NCBI GenBank assembly: GCA_964566495.1
Contig: CAZMIT010000001.1
Location: 1 to 56,582 of the forward strand
Source of the DNA: an uncultured bacterium
GTDB lineage: Bacteria; T1Sed10-126
DNA length: 56,582 nucleotides
Reading direction: 5' to 3'
Below, piece after piece: positions 18,606 through 27,267 of this stretch. The translations under genes were made by a program, and so were the position numbers. The notes under the pieces were generated by a model. The model did no database searches. It saw nothing but the letters and a program-made list of their open reading frames with translations, and was not told the origin of the DNA. Each line of letters starts with the position of its first letter. Position 1 is the stretch's first letter.

Positions 18606-19469
18606 CTATTGCTCCAGTTTTGCCACATCCTCGACGTGGAGAGGCAAATTATCCTTGAGCCTCACATCACCGGCATAGCCGGCCAGAATAACCACAGCAT
18701 CTCGATCCCCCGGCCAGGCTGGGTCGTAGTGAGGAAAACGTACAACGTCCAGATATTGCAGGTCAAAACCCGCTTCCTCCAGCCGGGGAACATAACGACT
18801 GAAGAGTTTTTGCCGACTCAGCTCAGCCGCCTCTTCTTTGATTGAACGCATGATCTCGTAAACTTCTTGAGCAGTTTCCCAGCCGCTCTCGTCCAGTCCC
18901 TGGTTACGCGAGCTGTAGGCGATACCGTTTTCATCCCGAATTACCTGCACGGGAACAATTTCCTGCTGGAAAAGCAGATCTTCAACCATGCGACTGACAA
19001 CTATGTATTGTTGCAGATCTTTCTGGCCAAAATAAACGCGATCAGCGGGTACAGCGTTAAGCAGTTTACTCACCACGGTTATAACCCCGGCAAAAAAATT
19101 CGGGCGAATTGCACCCTCGTAGCAGCGAGTTACGGAACTATTGCTCACCACCTGGGTAGCATTACCGGGTGGATACATCTCAGCGTCGTCCGGGTGGAAG
19201 ATAACGTTAACCCCGGACTCGGCGGCCAGCTTTTTGTCACGCTCAAAATCCCGAGGATAGGCTTCGGCGTCCGTCTCAGAATCAAACTGCTGGGCGTTCA
19301 CGTATATGCTGGCCACTGTTACATCGTTTTCCTTCGCGGCACGTCGAAACAGGGCACAGTGCCCCTCGTGAAGGGCACCCAGGGTAGGAACAAATCCAAC
19401 GCTTTTGTCCTCTTTCCTTAGCTGTAACACTTCCCGGTTTATTTCTTCTGCCGTAGATAATACTTTCAT
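18606..19469 (-). CDS. panC: Pantoate--beta-alanine ligase
   Basis: 'VPTLGALHEGH' is the HIGH-type motif. The ORF is 287 aa and overlaps panB by 4 nt. Confidence 0.9.
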   Translation of the reverse strand: MKVLSTAEEINREVLQLRKEDKSVGFVPTLGALHEGHCALFRRAAKENDVTVASIYVNAQQFDSETDAEAYPRDFERDKKLAAESGVNVIFHPDDAEMYPPGNATQVVSNSSVTRCYEGAIRPNFFAGVITVVSKLLNAVPADRVYFGQKDLQQYIVVSRMVEDLLFQQEIVPVQVIRDENGIAYSSRNQGLDESGWETAQEVYEIMRSIKEEAAELSRQKLFSRYVPRLEEAGFDLQYLDVVRFPHYDPAWPGDRDAVVILAGYAGDVRLKDNLPLHVEDVAKLEQ

Positions 19470-20311
19470 CTTGCTTCGAGGAGCAGCTCACGAACCTGTT
19501 CGGAGGAAAGTTTCTCACCGACAGAAAAACTCTCTTCCGAAGCGGGAAATTCTTCCTTTTTTACTGCCTCACAGAAAGAATTAACGCCGTCGGAAAGCCA
19601 CTCTCTCATTTCACCCCACTTTCTAACAAAAGTTGGTATTTGATCAGTTAAACCCATCATATCCTGCCAGACCAGCACCTGGCCGCTGCATTCCAGGCCG
19701 GCGCCGATTCCAATCGTTGGCAGATCAATTAACTCAGTCAATTCAGCCCCCACTTCCTCCGGCACGCACTCTAAAACAAGAGCCGAAATACCGGCCCGCT
19801 CGAGCGCAAATGCTTCCCTACCAAGTTCCTCTATGTTCTCCCTGGTTTTGGCCTGAACTCCGTAGCCACCGAGAGCTTCAATTGACTGGGGAGTTAGTCC
19901 CAGATGCCCGATAACCGGGACATCGTGAGCAACCAGGTGCTCTATCAGATCAAGATTTCTCTCCCCGCCTTCGAGTTTAATCGCCTGCGCCCCTCCCTCT
20001 TGCATTAACCGACGAGCTGCACGCACCCCACTCTCAAGCTCCAGGGCTGCCTCCAGGAAGGGAAAGTCCGTCACAAGAAAAGTATTTTTGACGGCGCGAC
20101 TGACTGCGGCCGTGTGATGAACCATGTCCTCAATAGTAACCGGAATTGTCGAGTCATAACCAAGCATAACCCCGCCCAGACTATCACCAACCAGGATCAT
20201 GTCCAGCCCGTCAACTTCGTCCATCACCCGCGCAGTCAGATAATCATAACAGGTCAAACAGGTCAAAGGCTCACGGGCTCCGCGTATATCAACTATTGAC
20301 GGTCTACTCAT
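19466..20311 (-). CDS. panB: 3-methyl-2-oxobutanoate hydroxymethyltransferase
   Basis: It contains 'LTCYDYLTA', 'ILVGDSLGGVMLGY' and 'AIKLEGG'. The ORF is 281 aa. Confidence 0.9.
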   Translation of the reverse strand: MSRPSIVDIRGAREPLTCLTCYDYLTARVMDEVDGLDMILVGDSLGGVMLGYDSTIPVTIEDMVHHTAAVSRAVKNTFLVTDFPFLEAALELESGVRAARRLMQEGGAQAIKLEGGERNLDLIEHLVAHDVPVIGHLGLTPQSIEALGGYGVQAKTRENIEELGREAFALERAGISALVLECVPEEVGAELTELIDLPTIGIGAGLECSGQVLVWQDMMGLTDQIPTFVRKWGEMREWLSDGVNSFCEAVKKEEFPASEESFSVGEKLSSEQVRELLLEAR

Positions 20312-20625
20312 CTACGCTTGTCCTCCCAACGTTTGAAAGCCCGTTCGAACTCTTTCTCTGAAGGCTCCTCTCCACTGCTCGTTTCTTCCAGTATTTCTTC
20401 AAATTTTCTGTAGCGATCAGAATTTTTCAGAAGGGGAAGTTTGAAGACCATAATATAGAGCAAGATGGCATCCGCCATAATTAAAAAACCGGCAGTCAGT
20501 GCCAATACCTGGCGGTGAAAATCCTGCACTGCCGGCAGTGAGTGAGCCAGAACCAGGGCCAGCACATTAAAACTTCCAACCACAAATAAAAAGGAAATCA
20601 GGCGTAAATAAAACACCACAAACAC
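20308..20625 (-). CDS. Small membrane protein (unknown function)
   Basis: 105 aa with two to three hydrophobic helices and a charged tail. Its stop overlaps the panB start (ATGA-type coupling). Confidence 0.5.
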   Translation of the reverse strand: MFVVFYLRLISFLFVVGSFNVLALVLAHSLPAVQDFHRQVLALTAGFLIMADAILLYIMVFKLPLLKNSDRYRKFEEILEETSSGEEPSEKEFERAFKRWEDKRR

Positions 20626-20690
20626 TCCCTTCGCTCAAACAAAAATTCCCCACGTCACTCCAGACGCGCCTCGCAGCGACTAACCCTGAT

Positions 20691-20840
20691 AATTCACGAC
20701 AGCACAACTGTCGTGAATTACCCGTCCGCAGGACACCCAGCCCTTTCCCAGTAAAGAGCTGGGGGGCTGGGTGGGTTAACCCCGCCCATTTGACGAATGG
20801 GCGGCCCATTGGGCGGCCTATGCATAGGGTTCATGCATAG
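20691..20840 (-). promoter_or_regulatory. Highly structured leader region upstream of the panB/panC operon (four consecutive hairpins)
   Basis: There is a perfect 12-bp inverted repeat at 20691-20702/20708-20719. An 8-bp stem pairs 20736-20743 with 20764-20771. A 9-bp stem pairs 20782-20790 with 20796-20804. An 8-bp stem pairs 20818-20825 with 20833-20840. Strand and function are inferred. Confidence 0.3.
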
Positions 20841-20958
20841 ACCGGGCTAAATCACCGGACGGTTCTGTTGTTCAATTAACTCTTTCGCAGGATAGTATAC
20901 CGTGTTGGCTTTAAATATTAAAGTGTATTCGCTCAAAATCAGAACCTCCCAACAGTTT

Positions 20959-20989
20959 CGTCATCACCGGGCTTGACCCGGCAATCCAT
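20959..20989 (+). repeat. REP-like hairpin element
   Basis: The sequence is 'cgtcatcaccgggcttgacccggcaatccat'. Confidence 0.7.
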
Positions 20990-21090
20990 CCCCCCCCCTT
21001 TCGTCTTTCCCCCTTTCAAGGGGGAAAAAGGAAAGGGGGATGACGTTGGAAGGTTTCGCTTGAAAGTTACCGGTTTTCCACAAAAAAAAC

Positions 21091-21119
21091 TTGACAATTA
21101 ATGAATATTAGCTTATTTT
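21091..21119 (+). promoter_or_regulatory. Sigma-70-like promoter candidate for the 21179 ORF
   Basis: TTGACA (21091-21096) is followed by a 17-nt spacer and then TATTTT (21114-21119). A GAGGGA ribosome-binding site lies about 6 nt before ATG 21179. Confidence 0.4.
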
Positions 21120-21178
21120 TTATGTGAGGCTATTGAAGGGAGTCTTTACACATCAACCTCAGGGCTGAGGGACGAGAG

Positions 21179-22243
21179 ATGACTTATTTATCATCAATCC
21201 AGGCTACTGCAAATCTGACCGGACGAGACTATTTTTCCTTCCCCACCAGAACTGAAGATGAAGACCGCCCCTTCGCCGCTGATAGAAGGGAGAGGCATGA
21301 TTTTCCTCGCCAGAGACAACTACAGCAATTTGAAAGAGAACGGCCGTTAGCCAACCTTGTTACCCGGGCAAATGGATTCTCTCTTGAGGATGCTATTGAA
21401 CGGCAAAAAACTGTAAACATTCCCGGCGGAACCAGGCTGGATATAACCGGCGAAGTGACAATTGAGACCAGCGAGGGAGACTCCCTGGAGCTGGACGAAG
21501 ACTCACAAGCTCGTATTTTTCAAAGAGATCGGCGACACGCAATAATTCAGGACCGTGAAACTGAAGAGGAAATCAGGCTGCGGCGCGGTGATAATTTCAC
21601 AGTCAACGGAGAAGGCGAAGCACGCCTGGAGGGACGCTTCGACAGCCTTGAGCTGCCCGATACGGAGACTTTTGAGTTACGAAGCGACGCAAACGGAGGG
21701 CTGGAAGTTAGAAGGCCGGCGACAGAAAGACAGCTCTCGATTGAAAATGGCCAGCCGATTGAAATAGAGGTTGAAGAGGACCAGTATCTCTCCTTTCTGG
21801 ACGGTGGCGAGGCAATACGTTTTGAGAGCGGCGACGAGGGCTGGCTGGAAGCAGCCGGCGATGATATGGTCGCACTGCTGAACATAGATACGGGACGACG
21901 TATGGAATTTCCCGCTGAACGCTCCATCTCAATTGTTGGCGAGGGCGAGGCGACAATTGGCGGGCAGATAGAGGTTAATGACAACCGGCGCCTGCGCTTT
22001 GAAGATTTAGACGGCGAACTATTTGTTTTTGAACCGTCAAGCGCCGAGCAGACAGAAGTCGCTCCGTTAATGCGCGAACCGGGCCATTACGACAGGATAA
22101 CCTTTCACCAGCCACCTAACGGTCGGTTAAACCAGTTAGAACACATGTTGGAAGCATTTCTTGCTCCGCAAGAAGAAGACCCGTTTGACGGCCGCGACGG
22201 TGCTTTTCAACCGCCCGGCGGACAGATCGACATATTTGCCTGA
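21179..22243 (+). CDS. Hypothetical acidic protein with internal repeats
   Basis: 354-aa ORF with a good RBS. No signal peptide or TM segment is visible. 'GEGEA(R/T)(L/I)(E/G)G' segments are repeated. I recognise no family. Confidence 0.6.
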   Translation: MTYLSSIQATANLTGRDYFSFPTRTEDEDRPFAADRRERHDFPRQRQLQQFERERPLANLVTRANGFSLEDAIERQKTVNIPGGTRLDITGEVTIETSEGDSLELDEDSQARIFQRDRRHAIIQDRETEEEIRLRRGDNFTVNGEGEARLEGRFDSLELPDTETFELRSDANGGLEVRRPATERQLSIENGQPIEIEVEEDQYLSFLDGGEAIRFESGDEGWLEAAGDDMVALLNIDTGRRMEFPAERSISIVGEGEATIGGQIEVNDNRRLRFEDLDGELFVFEPSSAEQTEVAPLMREPGHYDRITFHQPPNGRLNQLEHMLEAFLAPQEEDPFDGRDGAFQPPGGQIDIFA

Positions 22244-22253
22244 CCCGCTTCTT

Positions 22254-23516
22254 TCAAATCCAACCGCGTAGCTTCATCGCCTTGCTTACCTTCTTGACCG
22301 CAACCAGGTAAGCCGCGGTTCTCGGGTCAACCTCATACTCCTCGGTCATGTCCATTACCCGCTCCAGGGCCGAACACATCTTGCGATCAAGAAGTTTCAG
22401 CACACGCTCCTTCTGCCAGTAGTAGTTGGAAGCGTTTTGAACCTGCTCGAAGTAACTTACCGTTACTCCCCCGGCATTAGCAAGCATATCAGGTAGAACG
22501 AAAACACCGTTTTCATTCAAAATTTCATCCGCTTCCCTGGTTGTCGGTCCGTTTGCCAGCTCCAGCATCAGATCGGCACAAACCTCGGAAGCGTTATCTT
22601 TGTTAATAACATCCCCCAGGGCCGCCGGGACCAGCACGTCCACATCAAGTTCCAGAAGCTCCGCATTGGTTATTTTGTCGGCAGCTTCAAAATTCACCAC
22701 TGTGCCCGACTCTTCCTTACAGGAACTAACTGCTTCATAATCCAATCCTCTGGAGGAGTATATGCCACCGGAACTATCACTGACCGCTACCACATTCAGT
22801 CCCAGAATTTCCTCAGCCAATCGATGAAAATTAGCACCGGCATTTCCATAACCCTGGATAGCGGCGGTTTTATCCTCAAGCGACTCGTCCATCCTACGAG
22901 CCGCTGCTCGTAAGACGTAGACTCCACCGCGGGCAGTCGCTTCGTAGCGTCCGACACTCCCACCAAGTGCGAGCGGTTTACCGGTAATTACTCCCGGTTC
23001 TTTGGAACCCTTTTTAAGTTCATACTCATCAAGCATCCAACCAATCATCTGTGAGTCCACGTAAACATCAGGAGCGGGAACATCCAGCCGCGGCCCCAGT
23101 ATGTCAAAAAATTCTCGCACATACTGCCGGCACAGTCGTTCTTTTTCCGGGGGGGACAGACTTTTGACGTCACACCGGACTCCCCCCTTCGCACCGCCCA
23201 GGGGTAGATCCATTACCGCCGTCTTCCAACTCATCAAAGCGGCCAGTTTCCTGATCATTTCCGCCGTTTCATCGGGGTGAAACCTCAATCCCCCTTTGGC
23301 CGGCCCGCAGGCCGAGTTCCAAACTATCCTGTAGGCTGGAAAAACAGCCGTGTGGCCGTCATCCATGCGCACGGTTAATCGGGTTCTAACTTCACGCTCC
23401 GATGTACTCAGTAACTCGTAGGTAACCTCCGGTAGGTTTAGCAGCTCAACTGCCCTGTGCAGCTGCTTTTTGATAAATTCTACGTCCTCTTGACTCTCTT
23501 CCCGGGAAATTCCCAT
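22254..23516 (-). CDS. gdhA: Glutamate dehydrogenase (Glu/Leu/Phe/Val dehydrogenase family)
   Basis: It contains 'GPAKGGLRFHP' and 'PLGGAKGGV', plus the Rossmann motif 'IQGYGNAGAN'. The ORF is 420 aa. Confidence 0.9.
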   Translation of the reverse strand: MGISREESQEDVEFIKKQLHRAVELLNLPEVTYELLSTSEREVRTRLTVRMDDGHTAVFPAYRIVWNSACGPAKGGLRFHPDETAEMIRKLAALMSWKTAVMDLPLGGAKGGVRCDVKSLSPPEKERLCRQYVREFFDILGPRLDVPAPDVYVDSQMIGWMLDEYELKKGSKEPGVITGKPLALGGSVGRYEATARGGVYVLRAAARRMDESLEDKTAAIQGYGNAGANFHRLAEEILGLNVVAVSDSSGGIYSSRGLDYEAVSSCKEESGTVVNFEAADKITNAELLELDVDVLVPAALGDVINKDNASEVCADLMLELANGPTTREADEILNENGVFVLPDMLANAGGVTVSYFEQVQNASNYYWQKERVLKLLDRKMCSALERVMDMTEEYEVDPRTAAYLVAVKKVSKAMKLRGWI

Positions 23517-23932
23517 TCTTTTGACCTCCTCAGCCTCTGAATTTTAAAAAAATTTTACCAACCCTATTTTTAGAGGGCGGATAATGATAATTTTTGTTAA
23601 GCTTAATGTAAAGAGAGTTTAGCTACTGAATACCGTATCTTTCCCTGCCATCTACTGTCTCCCCCTTATGGGGGTGAAATTAAGGCTGGAGGATAAAACG
23701 ACTAAGTTAATTATTAGAATTTACTTATTAAGTTTGACTATTATTCGCCGATAATTAAACATGCGTATGTATTAGGTTCCTTAATCTTTCTAATCTCTTT
23801 GTGAGGATAAGCAGAATGATATTTTTTGAAATTATTTTTAACCTTAACCAAATAGTAACCGCCTGGTTCCCAAACCCCGGCATGAATTCGGAGCAGTCCT
23901 CCGCCTTGCGTCAAATTGGCGAAGGTTTTCAA

Positions 23933-24880
23933 ATGGGACGCACCGATCCCCGTCATGTTTTGTTAGGGATTGTAACAATGCTCCTTATCCTCGGGGGAAT
24001 AGCCGGAATCATCTGGCTGCTTAACCAGTATAGGAAAAAGAAGGAGAAGAAGCTCACTATCCTTGAAGCCTACCAGAACAACTACCGCCTCAGTGACGGC
24101 CAGCAGCAGTATCTTGAGGCTCTGATTGAACGTTTCAAAAACAACTACGTTCACAACCCCGAGGTAGCTACGAGCTACCTAAAACAATTTCTTGAATATA
24201 GCGTCAAGAATCTTACCCACGCCCCCAGCCAGACACTGCGCCGACAGGTTCACAAGATACCCAATATTGAACCAGACGAAGAAATCCTTGTAATCTTAGG
24301 CGACAACGAAAAATTTGAAACCCTGACCACCACGGTGCTCCGGCAAAAAGACCGTTACTTAACTATCCCCACTTCGCCGGAGGTGGAAAACCTGGATCTA
24401 AACGAAGGACAGAGCGTTGAAATCAGCTCCCAGCAGGGCCATCTTCACTATCGCGGACGGGGGAAAATTCAAGCAGTGACAGAAGAAGAGACAATATTTC
24501 ACGTGCCCGATGGCATGCATTTTGATCAGCAGCGAGTCTATACCCGGGTTAGCGTCGACGATGACGATATAGAAGCTAAGTTATGTGTTCAATGTCCCGA
24601 TGACGAAACAATAGCCATATCAGCTGAACTCAAGGATATAAGTGTTGAAGGAGCCCGGCTTTTAGCCGACAAATCTGCCGCTGAAATAAGCAAGCATAAC
24701 CAGGGTACACTTGAATTTGAACTGCCGGACAGCGACATAATTAGCGTACGGATAGAAGTTGTCCGGGCACAAAAAGAAAATGGGAAGATTGATCTCGGGC
24801 TGAAATTTACAAATCTTAGCCTCGATACACGCGAGCATATTTCCCGATTTGTTAAGCAAAAAACTGAAGAAGAATCCTGA
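23933..24880 (+). CDS. Membrane-anchored PilZ-domain protein (putative c-di-GMP receptor)
   Basis: The C-terminal PilZ pattern is 'QQRVYTRV...' followed by 'DISVEGARLLAD...GLKFTNLS'. There is an N-terminal TM segment ('VLLGIVTMLLILGGIAGIIWLL'). The start was chosen at ATG 23933, with GAAGG 7 nt upstream; the ORF opens at 23801. Confidence 0.7.
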   Translation: MGRTDPRHVLLGIVTMLLILGGIAGIIWLLNQYRKKKEKKLTILEAYQNNYRLSDGQQQYLEALIERFKNNYVHNPEVATSYLKQFLEYSVKNLTHAPSQTLRRQVHKIPNIEPDEEILVILGDNEKFETLTTTVLRQKDRYLTIPTSPEVENLDLNEGQSVEISSQQGHLHYRGRGKIQAVTEEETIFHVPDGMHFDQQRVYTRVSVDDDDIEAKLCVQCPDDETIAISAELKDISVEGARLLADKSAAEISKHNQGTLEFELPDSDIISVRIEVVRAQKENGKIDLGLKFTNLSLDTREHISRFVKQKTEEES

Positions 24881-25061
24881 AGGAATACCACTTTCCCCTA
24901 AAGCAACAACACTTACCTGCCGTTAATACTTATGAACAGGAAAAAATACGGGGTTGGGAGGTCCGATTCCGGACTTGCAGTTTAGCCCACTGCTTTCTCC
25001 CTTCCTAATCTCGTCCCTGACTCCCTGAACAGCCTTGTGGCTGTTTAAATCCCGGTCGGGC

Positions 25062-25946
25062 TCATTCCAACCCCGTTTTCTCTTCTCCTAAAAATTTTTC
25101 CTCAATGTATTGATGAGCTCGCTTCTCCAACAACCCAAGTTTATCTTTGTTCTCCTTTATTAAGCCTTTTTTCTCCTTCCCATTTTTAATCAGCCGGTCT
25201 ACAACTTCTACCCCAAACAGCGGTTCCCCGGCTGGATAAAGTAATTCTTTATTTTGCTCGCCCAGCAGCTCGTCCCAGGGAGCTGACCGGGCCGCTATCA
25301 ATGCTGAGTGCTGTAGCTGATCCAGGGCCCGGAGGACGTTAGCACCCCGGCTGTCAAGTAACCAGGTTAATTCGGTAGCTTTAACCTTTTCCGGCTGACA
25401 ATATTCGACCTCCAGTTGCTCAGAACAATGAAATTTATCATCGCTTTTATTAGCCGCCACCTGTACCCCTGAAACTTCCGATAGCTCGGCAAGCTCACTC
25501 AGAATACTATTAATTAACCGTTCCGGCTGAGTTTCGCTCCCTAACAGGGTCAACCAGCCCGGCTCTGGCTCTCCGCGCGGTGGCTCAATCCACCACAGAA
25601 GTGGCGAGTCCGGCTTAATTTTATATGTTGATTCTTTCGCCGCCGGTTCGTTCAGTCGACTCAGCCTCGGTCCTTCAAGTACGGTCCCCGTTAAATTACA
25701 GAAACAATCGAAAAACCGTTTCTCACGCAACCTCCAATATAAAACATCTTCCCTAAAATTGTTAAAAAGATAAAAGAAAAAGTTTTTGTATTTTTCCTCG
25801 TCAAGAGAGCTAATGTCTGAAACGCCAATCGCTACCAGGTCCAGATCAAACTTTGCTAAAAAATCAGCTGTCCTGGAAAGCCAACGTTCCACTAACGGTC
25901 CCCGGATTAGACTGTCAAGCAGAAGCGCCAACTGTTTTCTCTCCAC
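25062..25946 (-). CDS. Hypothetical protein
   Basis: 294-aa ORF. Its start codon abuts the purB stop at 25946. I see no recognisable motifs. Confidence 0.55.
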   Translation of the reverse strand: MERKQLALLLDSLIRGPLVERWLSRTADFLAKFDLDLVAIGVSDISSLDEEKYKNFFFYLFNNFREDVLYWRLREKRFFDCFCNLTGTVLEGPRLSRLNEPAAKESTYKIKPDSPLLWWIEPPRGEPEPGWLTLLGSETQPERLINSILSELAELSEVSGVQVAANKSDDKFHCSEQLEVEYCQPEKVKATELTWLLDSRGANVLRALDQLQHSALIAARSAPWDELLGEQNKELLYPAGEPLFGVEVVDRLIKNGKEKKGLIKENKDKLGLLEKRAHQYIEEKFLGEEKTGLE

Positions 25947-27247
25947 TACTCGTCCTCCTCCAGTACCCGCTCATATATTGCATCAAGATTTTTCAAAAAG
26001 ACTTCCGGTCGAAAACAGTCTTCCAGCTCATCGGAACTCAAAGCCGCCTGGATTTCCGCGTCTGACTTTACCAATTCCCGAAAATCCTCCCCTTCGTCCC
26101 AGGTTCGACTCGCAAACCCCTGCACTTTTTCATAAGCTCTTTTACGATTCCAGCCGGCTCGCGCAAGGGCCACCATTACACGCTGACTGAAGACAAGGCC
26201 GCGGGTCTGGAAGATGTTCTCCTGCATCCGCTCTTCGTTTACTCTTAGTCGAGCAAATAAACGACACAGGTTTCTAACCATGTAATGGGCAAGATTGAAA
26301 GCGTCGGGAAAAGTAATTCGCTCGGTCGAAGAGTTGGTCAGGTCCCGTTCGTGCCAGAGCGCCTGAGTTTCAAAACCGTTGGAGGCGTAGCCACGCAGAC
26401 ACCGAGCTTGACCGCAGAGCCGTTCAGCGACTATCGGATTCCGTTTGTGGGGCATTGCCGACGAACCTTTCTGCTTATCACCAAAACTCTCCTCCAACTC
26501 CAGGATTTCGGTGCGTTGCAGGTTGCGAACTTCCAGCGCCATCCGCTCAACACTGCCCCCCAGGTTGGCCAGCACGCTCAACAGTTGTGCGTGCCGGTCG
26601 CGCTGCAGTATTTGCGTGCTGGCCGGGGCCGGCTTCAAATTAAGCTCCTCGAGAGCGATCGCCTCAATCTTGGGCGAAACCTGGGCATAAGTCCCAACAG
26701 CTCCGCTAATCTTGCCCACGGAAATAGTTTTTCTGGCTGCCTGCAGCCGCTCGGTCTGGCGACGCCACTCGGATAACCAGTTGAGACAACGCAGACCGAA
26801 AGTGGTTGGTTCGGCGTGAACACCGTGCGTGCGCCCGATCATCACCGTTTCTCGATGCTGCCTGGCGAGTCTAGTTAAAACCGCTTTGACTTCCTCAACC
26901 GCCGTCAGGATTAAATTAAGCGCTTTACGAAGACGCAGTGATAAGGCTGTGTCCTTGACGTCCGAGGAAGTTAAGCCCCTGTGCAAAGGAGCGGAAAGCT
27001 CACCTAAACCTTCTTGAAGAACATCCAGGAAGGCCAGTAAATCGTGTTTTAGCTTCTTCTCTTTTTCTTCTACCTCTTCTGCCGTCCAACTTACCCGCTC
27101 AACAATGTTTTCAAACTGTTCGGTCGATATCTCACCTTCAGCGGCAAAGGCCCTCAAGACAGCTTTTTCAACCTGCCACCAGCAGCTATATTTTTTCGTT
27201 TCCGACCAAAGGTCATTCATTTTTTCAGTCGTATATTTCTGATGCAC
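25946..27247 (-). CDS. purB: Adenylosuccinate lyase
   Basis: The fumarate-lyase signature 'GSSAMPHKRNP' is present. The N-terminus 'HQKYTTEKMNDLWSE' matches the usual PurB start. GTG 27247 is preceded by GGAGG at 8 nt. The ORF-track ATG at 27307 would overlap purH. Confidence 0.9.
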   Translation of the reverse strand: MHQKYTTEKMNDLWSETKKYSCWWQVEKAVLRAFAAEGEISTEQFENIVERVSWTAEEVEEKEKKLKHDLLAFLDVLQEGLGELSAPLHRGLTSSDVKDTALSLRLRKALNLILTAVEEVKAVLTRLARQHRETVMIGRTHGVHAEPTTFGLRCLNWLSEWRRQTERLQAARKTISVGKISGAVGTYAQVSPKIEAIALEELNLKPAPASTQILQRDRHAQLLSVLANLGGSVERMALEVRNLQRTEILELEESFGDKQKGSSAMPHKRNPIVAERLCGQARCLRGYASNGFETQALWHERDLTNSSTERITFPDAFNLAHYMVRNLCRLFARLRVNEERMQENIFQTRGLVFSQRVMVALARAGWNRKRAYEKVQGFASRTWDEGEDFRELVKSDAEIQAALSSDELEDCFRPEVFLKNLDAIYERVLEEDE

Positions 27248-27267
27248 ATAAATTACCTCCTCTGGAA

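Noticed and set aside
20567-20809. An 80-aa minus-strand ORF covering the hairpin-rich leader.
   Set aside because: It overlaps the start of the small-membrane-protein gene, has no RBS, and is composed of palindromic sequence. It is better explained as non-coding structure.
21547-21984. A 145-aa Ser-rich minus-strand ORF inside the 21179-22243 gene.
   Set aside because: It is an antisense low-complexity shadow of the E/D-rich plus-strand ORF. The plus-strand ORF has an RBS and a promoter candidate, and this one has neither.
25028-25045. The hairpin 'aacagcc-ttgt-ggctgtt' between the convergent PilZ gene and the 25062 gene, as a bidirectional terminator.
   Set aside because: It has a short 7-bp stem and no proper U-tract on either strand. 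It lies 150 nt from the PilZ stop.
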